Shown here: one piece after another, positions 50,017 to 58,610 of the stretch
Layout of the letters: the number at the start of each line of letters is the position of its first letter
How positions within the stretch are numbered: position 1 is the stretch's first letter
Assembly (NCBI GenBank): GCA_050955045.1
Contig: JBPBQV010000004.1
Span: 13,496-77,495, forward strand
DNA length: 64,000 nucleotides
Source of the DNA: Janthinobacterium lividum
GTDB taxonomy: Bacteria; Bacteroidota; Bacteroidia; Sphingobacteriales; Sphingobacteriaceae
Direction: 5' to 3'
Translations under genes and position numbers: made by a program
Notes under the pieces: generated by a model
What the model saw: only the letters and a program-made list of their open reading frames with translations
Told to the model about the DNA's origin: nothing
Database searches by the model: none

Positions 50017-50715
50017 ATGAGTAATTATAATGCAATCCGCCAGAGTGCTTATGAAGCCAATATGCAGCTTCCAAAGCTTGGTTTGGTGCTTTTTACTTTT
50101 GGAAATGTGAGTGCAGTTGACCGCGAACAAAGCGTTTTCGCCATCAAACCAAGTGGTGTTCCCTATGAAGAACTTTCGCCGGAAAATATGGTGATTGTTG
50201 ATTTTGATGGCAACACCGTTGAAGGAAATTTCAGACCATCTTCTGATACAAAAACACACGCCGTTTTATATAAACACTGGTCAGAAATTGGCGGAATTGT
50301 GCATACGCATTCTACTTATGGCACGGCCTGGGCGCAATCGCAGCGTGATATTCCGATTTACGGAACCACACATGCTGATCATTGTACCGCAGATATTCCC
50401 TGCGCGGCGCCGATGGATGATTTAATGATTCAGGGAAATTATGAATACGAAACTGGTTTTCAAATTATGAATTGTTTGCAGGAAAAAGGTTTGACTTACC
50501 AGGAAATGGAAATGATTTTGGTAGGTAATCATGCTCCTTTTACCTGGGGAAAAACGGCGGCAAAAGCGGTTTATAATAGTGCGGTTTTGGAGGAAGTTGC
50601 CCGCATGGCGCAGCTAACTGAACAAATAAATCCGCAGGTTGCACGGCTAAAACCTGCCTTAATTCAGAAACATTACGAACGGAAGCATGGGAAAGATGCT
50701 TATTACGGTCAGTAA
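50017..50715 (+). CDS. araD: L-ribulose-5-phosphate 4-epimerase
   Basis: Class II aldolase fold motifs (FGNVSAVDR, IVHTHSTYGTAWAQ), 232 aa. Confidence 0.9.
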   Translation: MSNYNAIRQSAYEANMQLPKLGLVLFTFGNVSAVDREQSVFAIKPSGVPYEELSPENMVIVDFDGNTVEGNFRPSSDTKTHAVLYKHWSEIGGIVHTHSTYGTAWAQSQRDIPIYGTTHADHCTADIPCAAPMDDLMIQGNYEYETGFQIMNCLQEKGLTYQEMEMILVGNHAPFTWGKTAAKAVYNSAVLEEVARMAQLTEQINPQVARLKPALIQKHYERKHGKDAYYGQ

Positions 50716-50734
50716 TTTAATGCTTCTTTTACCG

Positions 50735-52084
50735 ATGAAAAAACTTCATTTCATATTCCTGCTCGCTTCGTTTTTGCTGGTTGAAAATACCTTTTGTCAA
50801 CAAAAAGATTTCCATAACTGGGCAGCTACGCCGCCGATAGGCTGGAACAGTTGGGATTGCTACGGACCAACTGTTGTTGAAAGTGAAGTAAAAGCCAATG
50901 CTGATTACATGGCTAAAAACCTGAAAAAAGCAGGGTGGGAATATATTGTGGTGGATATCCGCTGGTATGTGGGAAATGATAAAGCGCATGGTTATAATCA
51001 AATCGATCCGGATTATGTGCTGGATAAATACGGTCGTTTTCAACCTGCGGTAAACCGTTTTCCTTCGGCTGCTGGTGGAAAAGGCTTTAAACCGCTGGCA
51101 GATTATATCCACAGTAAAGGCTTAAAATTTGGTATTCATATTATGCGCGGCATTCCGGTGGAAGCCGTGAAACGCAATACGCCGATTTTGGGAAGCACCG
51201 CAACGGCCAACCAGATTTACACCACAGAATTGCAATGTAAATGGTTGAAAGATATGTACGGCGTAGTTGCAGGCAAACCGGGCGCACAGGAATACTACAA
51301 CTCACTTTTTAAACTGTACGCCTCCTGGGGTTTGGATTTTGTGAAGGTTGATGATCTTTCTCGGCCGTATCATACCGAGGAAGTAGAAATGATCCGTAAA
51401 GCGATTGATCTATCCGGAAGAAAAATATTACTGAGCACTTCGCCGGGAGAAACGCCTTTGGCCGATGCCGAACATGTGGCTGAAAATGCCAATATGTGGC
51501 GCACCGTTGATGATTTTTGGGATAACTGGAAAATGCTGAAAGATCATTTTGATGTTTTTGAACGCTGGAACGCTTACCGAAAACCGGGTGCCTGGCCGGA
51601 CGGCGATATGTTGCCTTTGGGCAGAATTGGTATCCGTGCAGAAAGAGGCGATAATCGTATGTCGGCTTTTACAAAAGATGAGCAATATACGCTGATAACG
51701 TTGTGGACGATCTTCCGTTCGCCGCTGATGTTTGGCGGAGATTTACCTTCCAATGATGCTTTTACGCTTTCGCTGCTTAATAATGCAGACGTAATTTATG
51801 TGCTTAAAAACAGCATCAACAATAAACAATTATTTAAAACAGAACAAGCTGTTGCCTGGATTGCAGATGATCCGAAAACAGGTGATAAGTTTCTGGCTGT
51901 TTTTAATCCGACAGATCAAACTGAAGCAAAAAAAATCAACATTAATTTGAGTGAATTGGGTTTCAAATCAAAAGTTCAAATTAAAAACCTTTGGAACCAC
52001 CAGAATTTAGGAAGTTTTTCCGATGAGTTTTCGCCGCAAATTAATCCTCATGGCGCAGGTTTATACCGGATTTCTTCCAAATAA
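50735..52084 (+). CDS. GH27 glycoside hydrolase (alpha-galactosidase / beta-L-arabinopyranosidase family)
   Basis: PPIGWNSWDCYG and DFVKVDD motifs. I chose the ATG at 50735 (MKKLHFIFLLASF signal peptide) rather than the track start at 50687, which overlaps araD. Confidence 0.75.
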   Translation: MKKLHFIFLLASFLLVENTFCQQKDFHNWAATPPIGWNSWDCYGPTVVESEVKANADYMAKNLKKAGWEYIVVDIRWYVGNDKAHGYNQIDPDYVLDKYGRFQPAVNRFPSAAGGKGFKPLADYIHSKGLKFGIHIMRGIPVEAVKRNTPILGSTATANQIYTTELQCKWLKDMYGVVAGKPGAQEYYNSLFKLYASWGLDFVKVDDLSRPYHTEEVEMIRKAIDLSGRKILLSTSPGETPLADAEHVAENANMWRTVDDFWDNWKMLKDHFDVFERWNAYRKPGAWPDGDMLPLGRIGIRAERGDNRMSAFTKDEQYTLITLWTIFRSPLMFGGDLPSNDAFTLSLLNNADVIYVLKNSINNKQLFKTEQAVAWIADDPKTGDKFLAVFNPTDQTEAKKININLSELGFKSKVQIKNLWNHQNLGSFSDEFSPQINPHGAGLYRISSK

Positions 52085-52114
52085 AAATCAACAATTAACC
52101 TAAAAAAACTAAAT

Positions 52115-53605
52115 ATGATCAATTTAAAAGAACTGGAAGTTTGGTTTATTACCGGAAGCCAGAATTTATATGGTGAAGAAACTTTAAACCAGGTAGCGCA
52201 ACATTCTACGCAAATTGCGGCTGCGCTGGATGCTTCGGCACAAATTCCGGTGCGTGTGGTGTTTAAACCAACTGTAAAATCAACAGAAGAAATTTACCGG
52301 ATTTGCCAGGAAGCAAATACGGCCAAAAACTGTATCGGTATCATCACCTGGATGCATACATTTTCGCCGGCCAAAATGTGGATCAACGGCTTGAAAGTGC
52401 TGCAAAAACCAATGCTGCATTTGCACACGCAATTTAACAGCGATATTCCCTGGGCGACGATGGACATGGATTTTATGAACCTGAACCAAAGTGCACACGG
52501 CGACCGCGAATTTGGGTTTATCGTTTCCAGGATGCGCGTCAACCGGAAAGTGGTAGTTGGCCACTTTGAAGATGAAGAAGCGCAGAAAGAAATTGGTGCA
52601 TGGACACGTGTTGCCGCCGGCTGGTACGATTGGCAAGGTGGTAAATTTGCCCGTTTTGGTGATAATATGCGCTTTGTAGCCGTAACCGAAGGTGATAAAG
52701 TGGAAGCTGAATTAAAATTTGGCTATTCAGTAAATACTTATGGAATCGGTGATCTGGTGGAAGTGATTAATGCAACTTCCAATGCTGCAATTGATCAGCT
52801 AATTGAAGAATATAACGACAGCTACACGATGGCCGAAAGCTTGCTGAAAGGCGGCGCACAATTTTCATCGTTAAAAGAAGCAGCTAAAATTGAAATCGGC
52901 TTGCGTACATTTTTGCAGCAAGGCGGCTTCAAAGGTTTCAGCGATACATTTGAAGATTTGCACGGCATGGCGCAATTACCGGGCATCGCCGTGCAGCGTT
53001 TAATGGCCGAAGGTTACGGTTTTGCCGGAGAAGGCGACTGGAAAACGGCGGCTTTGGTACGCGCCATGAAAGTGATGGGTAGCGGTTTGCCGGGCGGAAA
53101 TGCTTTTATGGAAGATTATACTTACCATTTCAACCCGTCTAATCCAATAGTTTTAGGTTCGCACATGCTGGAGGTTGACCCGGTTTTGGCTAAGGGAAAA
53201 CCTTCCTGCGAAATACATCCTTTAGGCATTGGCGGCAAAGCTGATCCGGTTCGTTTGGTATTTAACGCTGGCGGCGGACCAGCTTTAAATGCTTCCATTA
53301 TCGATATGGGCAACCGTTTCCGTTTATTGGTTAACACGGTAGAAGCTGTAGAAATAGAACATGATTTACCAAAATTACCAGTTGCGCGCGTATTGTGGAA
53401 ACCACTGCCAGATATGAAAACCGGTTGCGCAGCTTGGATTTATGCTGGTGGCGCACACCATACCTGTTTCAGTCAGAATTTAACCTCTGAACATATGCAG
53501 GATTTTGCAGCTATTGCTGGTATTGAATGTGTAATGATTGATAAAGATACTAGACTGAACCAATTGCGTAACGAATTGCTTTGGAGCGAGGTTGCTTATA
53601 AGTAA
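52115..53605 (+). CDS. araA: L-arabinose isomerase
   Basis: [18 protein letters not shown]-terminus, 496 aa, ara operon context. Confidence 0.95.
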   Translation: MINLKELEVWFITGSQNLYGEETLNQVAQHSTQIAAALDASAQIPVRVVFKPTVKSTEEIYRICQEANTAKNCIGIITWMHTFSPAKMWINGLKVLQKPMLHLHTQFNSDIPWATMDMDFMNLNQSAHGDREFGFIVSRMRVNRKVVVGHFEDEEAQKEIGAWTRVAAGWYDWQGGKFARFGDNMRFVAVTEGDKVEAELKFGYSVNTYGIGDLVEVINATSNAAIDQLIEEYNDSYTMAESLLKGGAQFSSLKEAAKIEIGLRTFLQQGGFKGFSDTFEDLHGMAQLPGIAVQRLMAEGYGFAGEGDWKTAALVRAMKVMGSGLPGGNAFMEDYTYHFNPSNPIVLGSHMLEVDPVLAKGKPSCEIHPLGIGGKADPVRLVFNAGGGPALNASIIDMGNRFRLLVNTVEAVEIEHDLPKLPVARVLWKPLPDMKTGCAAWIYAGGAHHTCFSQNLTSEHMQDFAAIAGIECVMIDKDTRLNQLRNELLWSEVAYK

Positions 53606-53646
53606 GATTTTTAGGCGGTAAAAGAAGCATTAGATTTCCTAAACAC

Positions 53647-53684
53647 AAAGCCTCAGCAGACTATCTTTGCTGAGGCTTTTAAAT
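53647..53684. terminator. strong hairpin terminator after araA
   Basis: aaagcctcagca (53647-53658) pairs perfectly with tgctgaggcttt (53669-53680), followed by a T/A run. Confidence 0.75.
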
Positions 53685-53700
53685 AAAATACTTATTTCTA

Positions 53701-54315
53701 TTACTTCAACCTTTTATATATTGCATCATAAAACAAGCTTGCGCTGGCACTTTCCCTTTTGAAACGTTGCAAATAATTGCAGTTAATTAAAGCTTTAAAA
53801 CCGACATTTTCCATAGAAAAAATATAAACCTCTTCAGGAACTTTAGGTATTCCGCCAACTCCTAATACAATAAATACGGGTATATCTTTTTGATTACTAT
53901 AATTCTCATAATTGTTGATTTGCGAATTTTTTGCCCAAGTAATTGTACCATCCTGATTCCAGTTACTTCTATACTTACATTCTACAGCGAAAACTTTAAA
54001 ACCATTTCGAGTATTTAGCTGAATTTCAAAATCAGGATAATGATTAGACTTAGGATAAATCCCATCAAAAAATTTATCGCTTCGCCATTCTTTCAATACA
54101 AATCTTTCGCTTTCAAAATCAAATAATTTTAGAACAAACTTTTCAAAATCGTCACCTTTTTCTTTAGAAGAATTTCTTTCATATGGAGAACTTTCTTCTC
54201 TATTATAAAACTGTTTATCGAATGGACGAAACTGATTTGCACGATTTGGAAAGAAGTATTTATAGCTAAAAAACAATAAAGCGATGGACAATATCAGTAA
54301 AACAATTGTTGTCAT
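53701..54315 (-). CDS. membrane-anchored PD-(D/E)xK (Mrr/NERD-like) nuclease-fold protein, putative
   Basis: N-terminal TM helix, then GDDFEKFVLKLF, then YPDFEI ... FAVECKYR (D95, E112, K114). The DNA is AT-rich. Confidence 0.5.
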   Translation of the reverse strand: MTTIVLLILSIALLFFSYKYFFPNRANQFRPFDKQFYNREESSPYERNSSKEKGDDFEKFVLKLFDFESERFVLKEWRSDKFFDGIYPKSNHYPDFEIQLNTRNGFKVFAVECKYRSNWNQDGTITWAKNSQINNYENYSNQKDIPVFIVLGVGGIPKVPEEVYIFSMENVGFKALINCNYLQRFKRESASASLFYDAIYKRLK

Positions 54316-54361
54316 TTACACACAAATCCTCATTTTTTTACTATATTTTAAATAGTTACAG

Positions 54362-55036
54362 TTATTTTAATAACTCCAACACTTTCGGATCAGTATAATC
54401 CTTCACAAAAAACAACACATTATCATACTCCGTAAAATCCTCAGCTTCATGTGCAGTAGTTAATACAACACATTTCATTCCGGCATTTTTGGCTGCTTCT
54501 ACGCCTTTTGGGGCATCTTCAAAAACAATACAATCTGCTGGTTCTGCACCTAATGCTTCGGCGGCTTTTAAAAAAGTTTCCGGGTGAGGTTTGCTGATTT
54601 CTACATCATCAGCACTGATAATAGCTTTTAAATACCGGCGCAAATCCAAATTATCAACCACAAAATCAATATTAAATGGAATGGCGGCCGAAGCAATTGC
54701 CATTTTAATCTGCTGCGCCTCAGCTTTTTTCAGAAAATCATCTAAACCAGGCAGTAACCTTAAATGCGGTTTGTATTTTGCCTGATAATCAAGCTCTTTG
54801 CGCATCGAATAAATTTCGATCTCTTTTGCAGAAAACTTATTTTTCCCGAAAACCCGTTCCAACAATTCAGGGTTTTTGCCATACATTTCTTTTTTAACCT
54901 GCTCCCAACTTAAACCGGCATTCAGATCATTGTTTAAAATATCAAACCAAGCTTTACCGTGGTATTCCATATCATCAACCATGGTTCCGTTTAAGTCAAA
55001 GAGAAATGCTTTTTTTGCCTGCTGCTTATTTTCCAT
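54362..55036 (-). CDS. HAD-family hydrolase (beta-phosphoglucomutase-like)
   Basis: FLFDLNGTM (motif I) and FEDAPKGVEAAKNAGM (motifs III/IV). I preferred the ATG at 55034-55036. The track ORF extends to a TTG at 55063. Confidence 0.75.
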   Translation of the reverse strand: MENKQQAKKAFLFDLNGTMVDDMEYHGKAWFDILNNDLNAGLSWEQVKKEMYGKNPELLERVFGKNKFSAKEIEIYSMRKELDYQAKYKPHLRLLPGLDDFLKKAEAQQIKMAIASAAIPFNIDFVVDNLDLRRYLKAIISADDVEISKPHPETFLKAAEALGAEPADCIVFEDAPKGVEAAKNAGMKCVVLTTAHEAEDFTEYDNVLFFVKDYTDPKVLELLK

Positions 55037-55105
55037 TCGGCAATGATAAACTTTTAGCCACAATTTGCATCAACACAAATTTTTACCTGCTAAAAGAAGC
55101 ATTGG

Positions 55106-55570
55106 TTATTTTTTGGCGAGTGCTTGCTCTGCAAAACGCATTAAATCATCAGCTTTCATGAAACCCATTGTGCCGAGAACCGGTTTAGCGTTTTCATCAA
55201 AAATAATTAAGGTTGGATAAGCCTGAATTTTCCAAAGTTCGGCAAGTTTCGGTCCTTGTCCTTTTTCCATATCAATGGAAACATTGATAAATTTATTATT
55301 AAAAAAATCTGCTACTTTTTTATTGCTGAAAGTTTGCAGTTTCAGCATTTTGCACGGGCCGCACCAGGTGGCGTAGCAATCCACAAAAATATACTTTTTT
55401 TGTGCCGATGCTTTTTTTACAGCGGCATTCCAATCATTCTCCACAAAAACAATTTTATCCGCAGCAATTAACCTTGTGGAAACTGTTTTTTTAACCGGAG
55501 CAATGGGTTTAAAAGAAGAAACCGAAAAAAACAGTGGTAAAAGAAGTATCAAACTATATTTCCTGATCAT
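55106..55570 (-). CDS. thioredoxin-family protein, secreted
   Basis: WCGPC active site and a signal peptide. Confidence 0.85.
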   Translation of the reverse strand: MIRKYSLILLLPLFFSVSSFKPIAPVKKTVSTRLIAADKIVFVENDWNAAVKKASAQKKYIFVDCYATWCGPCKMLKLQTFSNKKVADFFNNKFINVSIDMEKGQGPKLAELWKIQAYPTLIIFDENAKPVLGTMGFMKADDLMRFAEQALAKK

Positions 55571-55630
55571 GATTTTTTTAATTTTTATGTTAAATAATAT
55601 ACGTTAAGCCGCAGTTTCGGTTTGGTTAAT

Positions 55631-56779
55631 TTACTGTTTAGGCGGAGTTACAACGTTTAAAAAGCGTTCTACTGTATAAGTTGCCAATTGTCCGCTTGGG
55701 CCGTTTAAAGTATAATCGCAACCATGCGTTGCCCAGGGTAAACTTAAAAAGTAATGTTTTATTTTAAGCTGATTCAGTTTTGAGTTGAGGTGAACGCTAT
55801 GCTGATAAGAAACCAAAACATCATTTTTTCCATGAATGAGCAAAGTTGGAACTGATTCTTTATGAACATATAAAACAGGCGAACTAGCTGCATATTTTGC
55901 CGGAACCTGGTTGTAAGTTCCGCCCAGGTAAGCCTCCATTACTTTATGCGAATTTAAAACCAATGGATTAGACGGAACAAAATAACCGAATATCATATCT
56001 GCCGGCCCGTAAAAATCGATTACTCCTTTTATGCCTTCATTTTTTAAAGTGTAAGCCGCTAGCAAAGCAATTTGTGCACCGGCCGATCTTCCTAATAAAA
56101 CGAAGTTATTAGTATCAATTTGTAGTTTTTCTGCGTGATCTTTTAAATAGTGAATAGCGCTTTTAACATCTTCTACCGGTAACGGATTTTGATATTCAGG
56201 AGCCAGCCGGTAATCAATAGAAGCTACCTGATAACCTCTCTTCGCCAGATAACTGTTCAGTTCGGGCAATTGCTTGGCATCTCCCCCACTCCAGGAACCA
56301 CCGTGAATAACAATTACGCAAGGTTTTTTAGATGCTGTTTTTATCGAATAAAAATCTAACTGTAAACTAATTTCAGGATAAGATTTATATGTGAAAGTTT
56401 GAGGCTGAATTGCTTTGTCATCAATTCCGTAAAACATAGAAAAGAAAGAAAAAGGCTGATTAAGATGATTGATTTTTAAGTCGGAAGCCTGATTTCCTAA
56501 AGCTGTTTTTATTTCATCCGAAAGTTTTGATGCAATTGCATAAACTCTAAAAACAGGTGATAAAAACAGTATTAAAGTAACGGTTGCCAACGCATTTCCT
56601 ACTTTTTTATACCCGCTTGATTTGCTTTTAATTAAAAACAGGATGAGCAGAATACCAATAAAAATGTATGGAAATTCGGTTATAAGAATAGCTAAAAGCC
56701 AGAGATGATAAGTAGGAGCAGGAAAAACAGTTAATAAAGAAATTAGGAATAAAAGAAAGATCAGAATAAAACGAACCAT
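55631..56779 (-). CDS. alpha/beta hydrolase (esterase/lipase, HGG type) with N-terminal membrane segments
   Basis: HGGSW oxyanion motif and GRSAG nucleophile elbow. Confidence 0.8.
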   Translation of the reverse strand: MVRFILIFLLFLISLLTVFPAPTYHLWLLAILITEFPYIFIGILLILFLIKSKSSGYKKVGNALATVTLILFLSPVFRVYAIASKLSDEIKTALGNQASDLKINHLNQPFSFFSMFYGIDDKAIQPQTFTYKSYPEISLQLDFYSIKTASKKPCVIVIHGGSWSGGDAKQLPELNSYLAKRGYQVASIDYRLAPEYQNPLPVEDVKSAIHYLKDHAEKLQIDTNNFVLLGRSAGAQIALLAAYTLKNEGIKGVIDFYGPADMIFGYFVPSNPLVLNSHKVMEAYLGGTYNQVPAKYAASSPVLYVHKESVPTLLIHGKNDVLVSYQHSVHLNSKLNQLKIKHYFLSLPWATHGCDYTLNGPSGQLATYTVERFLNVVTPPKQ

Positions 56780-56827
56780 CGTTTAAAAGTAGAAGATAAA
56801 TGCCAATGGTTCGTTTTATTTTGCAGA

Positions 56828-57556
56828 TTATATTTTTCGAAGTCGAATGATGTGTAAATAGTGCATCAGTTTCATGATTGGATAAGTTGGATCCAATTCG
56901 AACCATTTTTTAGCAAAATTGGCATCGTTTGGTTTTTTATGATGATTATTCTGGAAAAGCTCGCCCATCATTAAAAAATCTAAAGGCAACATATTCTTAC
57001 TATGATCATGGTTATCAAAGTTGGAGTAACCGTATTTATGTCCGCACCAGTTTACAATGGCACCGTGCAATGGTCCCATTAAAAAATGAATCGGCAGCAA
57101 TAAAAACATCCACCATTGTGTTGCAAAAACAACATAAAATGCAATATAAAATAAGCCAAACGTAATACGACTGATCCAATGATCACCAATCCGGTCAACA
57201 AAATTCCAGGTTGGATAACGATCACAAAAAGCAGGTTCGGGTTCAATTTTGTGCTTTTGATAATCCATGTAAATATTTTTCGTTTTAATCATCATGCCCC
57301 AAACGTCTTTTGCAAAATGTGGAGAATGCGGATCCTTCTCTGTATCGCTATATGTATGATGCATCCGGTGCAATATGGCATAAGCGCGAGGATTTAAAAA
57401 GGAAGAACCTTGAAAAACATACGTCATTAAGTAAAATGTTTTTTCCCAAAACGGAGTTAGTTTAAACATTTTATGGGAAGCATAACGATGCAAAAAGAAG
57501 GTTTGAAAAAAGAGAGAAAGAAACCAATGGCAAAGGAAAAAAACGAGAATAATCAT
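56828..57556 (-). CDS. acyl-CoA/acyl-lipid fatty acid desaturase
   Basis: Three histidine boxes: HRYASH, HRMHH and NNHH. Confidence 0.85.
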   Translation of the reverse strand: MIILVFFLCHWFLSLFFQTFFLHRYASHKMFKLTPFWEKTFYLMTYVFQGSSFLNPRAYAILHRMHHTYSDTEKDPHSPHFAKDVWGMMIKTKNIYMDYQKHKIEPEPAFCDRYPTWNFVDRIGDHWISRITFGLFYIAFYVVFATQWWMFLLLPIHFLMGPLHGAIVNWCGHKYGYSNFDNHDHSKNMLPLDFLMMGELFQNNHHKKPNDANFAKKWFELDPTYPIMKLMHYLHIIRLRKI

Positions 57557-58090
57557 TCGGTAATTGTTGTTTGAGTTATCTTGTACGACAACGCAGATAA
57601 TTTAATTTGAAATATAACTCGAATTTAAGTTTAATAATATGCACGCCGCAAAAAAGAGTAATCGAAGAATTTAATTCATAAACAGTGATTTAAACCTCAA
57701 TTTAATTTTTATGTCAAAAGTTTATTCAATAGGTAGTATTTTTTAATCTATAACATTAAAAAAACGATAAAAATCAAGATACAGCTATTCAAAATGCTCT
57801 TAATTTAGAAATAAAAGTAGTTCTACCATTAAAATCCTAATTGAGTTAGACTAGTTTAATACTTAAATAGTTAAAATACCCTGATATAAAATATACTTTT
57901 AAAAAAACTTACTAGAAAAATGTATATTTTATTATTAACCAAGCAAACTTTTTTATTAACTAATAAAAAAATGAAAAAATAATTTGCATTTTTAAAACTT
58001 AGTGTTAAATTTACACTATCAAGAAAAAAAAATATTTCTGTTTTTTAAAAAAGTCTTCTCATAATTTAGGTTTATAATTGGTTAAGTAAA

Positions 58091-58120
58091 AGCTCCTGCC
58101 CATCAGGAGCTTTGCTTTTT
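58091..58120. terminator. hairpin terminator in the AT-rich spacer
   Basis: agctcctg (58091-58098) pairs with caggagct (58104-58111), followed by ttgctttttt. Confidence 0.6.
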
Positions 58121-58132
58121 TAATAAAAATTC

Positions 58133-58167
58133 AAAAAAAATCCCAAATAAGTTTTACTTATTTGGGA
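58133..58167 (-). terminator. Rho-independent-type terminator of the small lipoprotein gene pair
   Basis: tcccaaataag (58141-58151) pairs perfectly with cttatttggga (58157-58167). An A8 run at 58133-58140 gives a T8 run on the minus strand. Confidence 0.7.
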
Positions 58168-58190
58168 GACAAGTTACTATATGGTTACAG

Positions 58191-58367
58191 TTATAATTTA
58201 TTTCCTCGACCTCTAAACATAGAAATTACCCAAATAATTACTGCAATTACTACTACTACAGCTATAATACCAATTGCGGCTCCAGCTTTAAAAACTCCGC
58301 CAACAACAGAGCAACTGTTTAACACCATCAGTGTTACAACAAGCATAGAAAGGTTTAATTTTTTCAT
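58191..58367 (-). CDS. small lipoprotein with C-terminal TM helix (58 aa), paralogue 1; not in the ORF track
   Basis: Manual translation: MKKLNLSMLVVTLMVLNSCSVVGGVFKAGAAIGIIAVVVVIAVIIWVISMFRGRGNKL*. It has a lipobox (LNSC) and a terminator immediately downstream. Confidence 0.6.
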   Translation of the reverse strand: MKKLNLSMLVVTLMVLNSCSVVGGVFKAGAAIGIIAVVVVIAVIIWVISMFRGRGNKL

Positions 58368-58442
58368 TTTAATTATTATTTTAATTGTGAGCGTAACAGA
58401 GATCAGTAATTTATTGTTTTGAACCAGGATTAATTAAAGCTT

Positions 58443-58610
58443 TTATTTACGTTTAGACCTTTTAGAAATGATCCAAATCAGTAAACCTAAAATTATAAAA
58501 ACAGAGTAAATTCCCATCTTAAAACCGGCTCTAAAAATGCCGCCAACAGCCATACAGCTTTGTAGAGTAGTAGTCAAAACAAGTAAGCCAAATAAAAACT
58601 GTTTTTTCAT
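58443..58610 (-). CDS. small lipoprotein with C-terminal TM helix (55 aa), paralogue 2; not in the ORF track
   Basis: Manual translation: MKKQFLFGLLVLTTTLQSCMAVGGIFRAGFKMGIYSVFIILGLLIWIISKRSKRK*. It has a lipobox (LQSC) and shares the VGGxFxAG and IWxIS motifs with paralogue 1. Confidence 0.6.
   Translation of the reverse strand: MKKQFLFGLLVLTTTLQSCMAVGGIFRAGFKMGIYSVFIILGLLIWIISKRSKRK

Noticed and set aside
49413-50259. Antisense ORFs of 143 and 156 aa across araB and araD
   Set aside because: They lie opposite confidently identified araB and araD genes and carry no motifs. They are typical shadow ORFs. The same reasoning applies to the other antisense track ORFs inside tldD, parC, parE, susC and the GH genes.
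50687-50734. Upstream ATG start at 50687 for the GH27 gene
   Set aside because: It would overlap araD by 29 nt and add 16 residues ahead of a perfectly good MKKLHFIFLL signal peptide that starts at 50735.
58162-58422. 86-aa + strand ORF
   Set aside because: It is a low-complexity Thr/Ile-rich sequence antisense to a minus-strand small lipoprotein ORF. That minus-strand ORF has a signal peptide, a lipobox, a paralogue and its own terminator.
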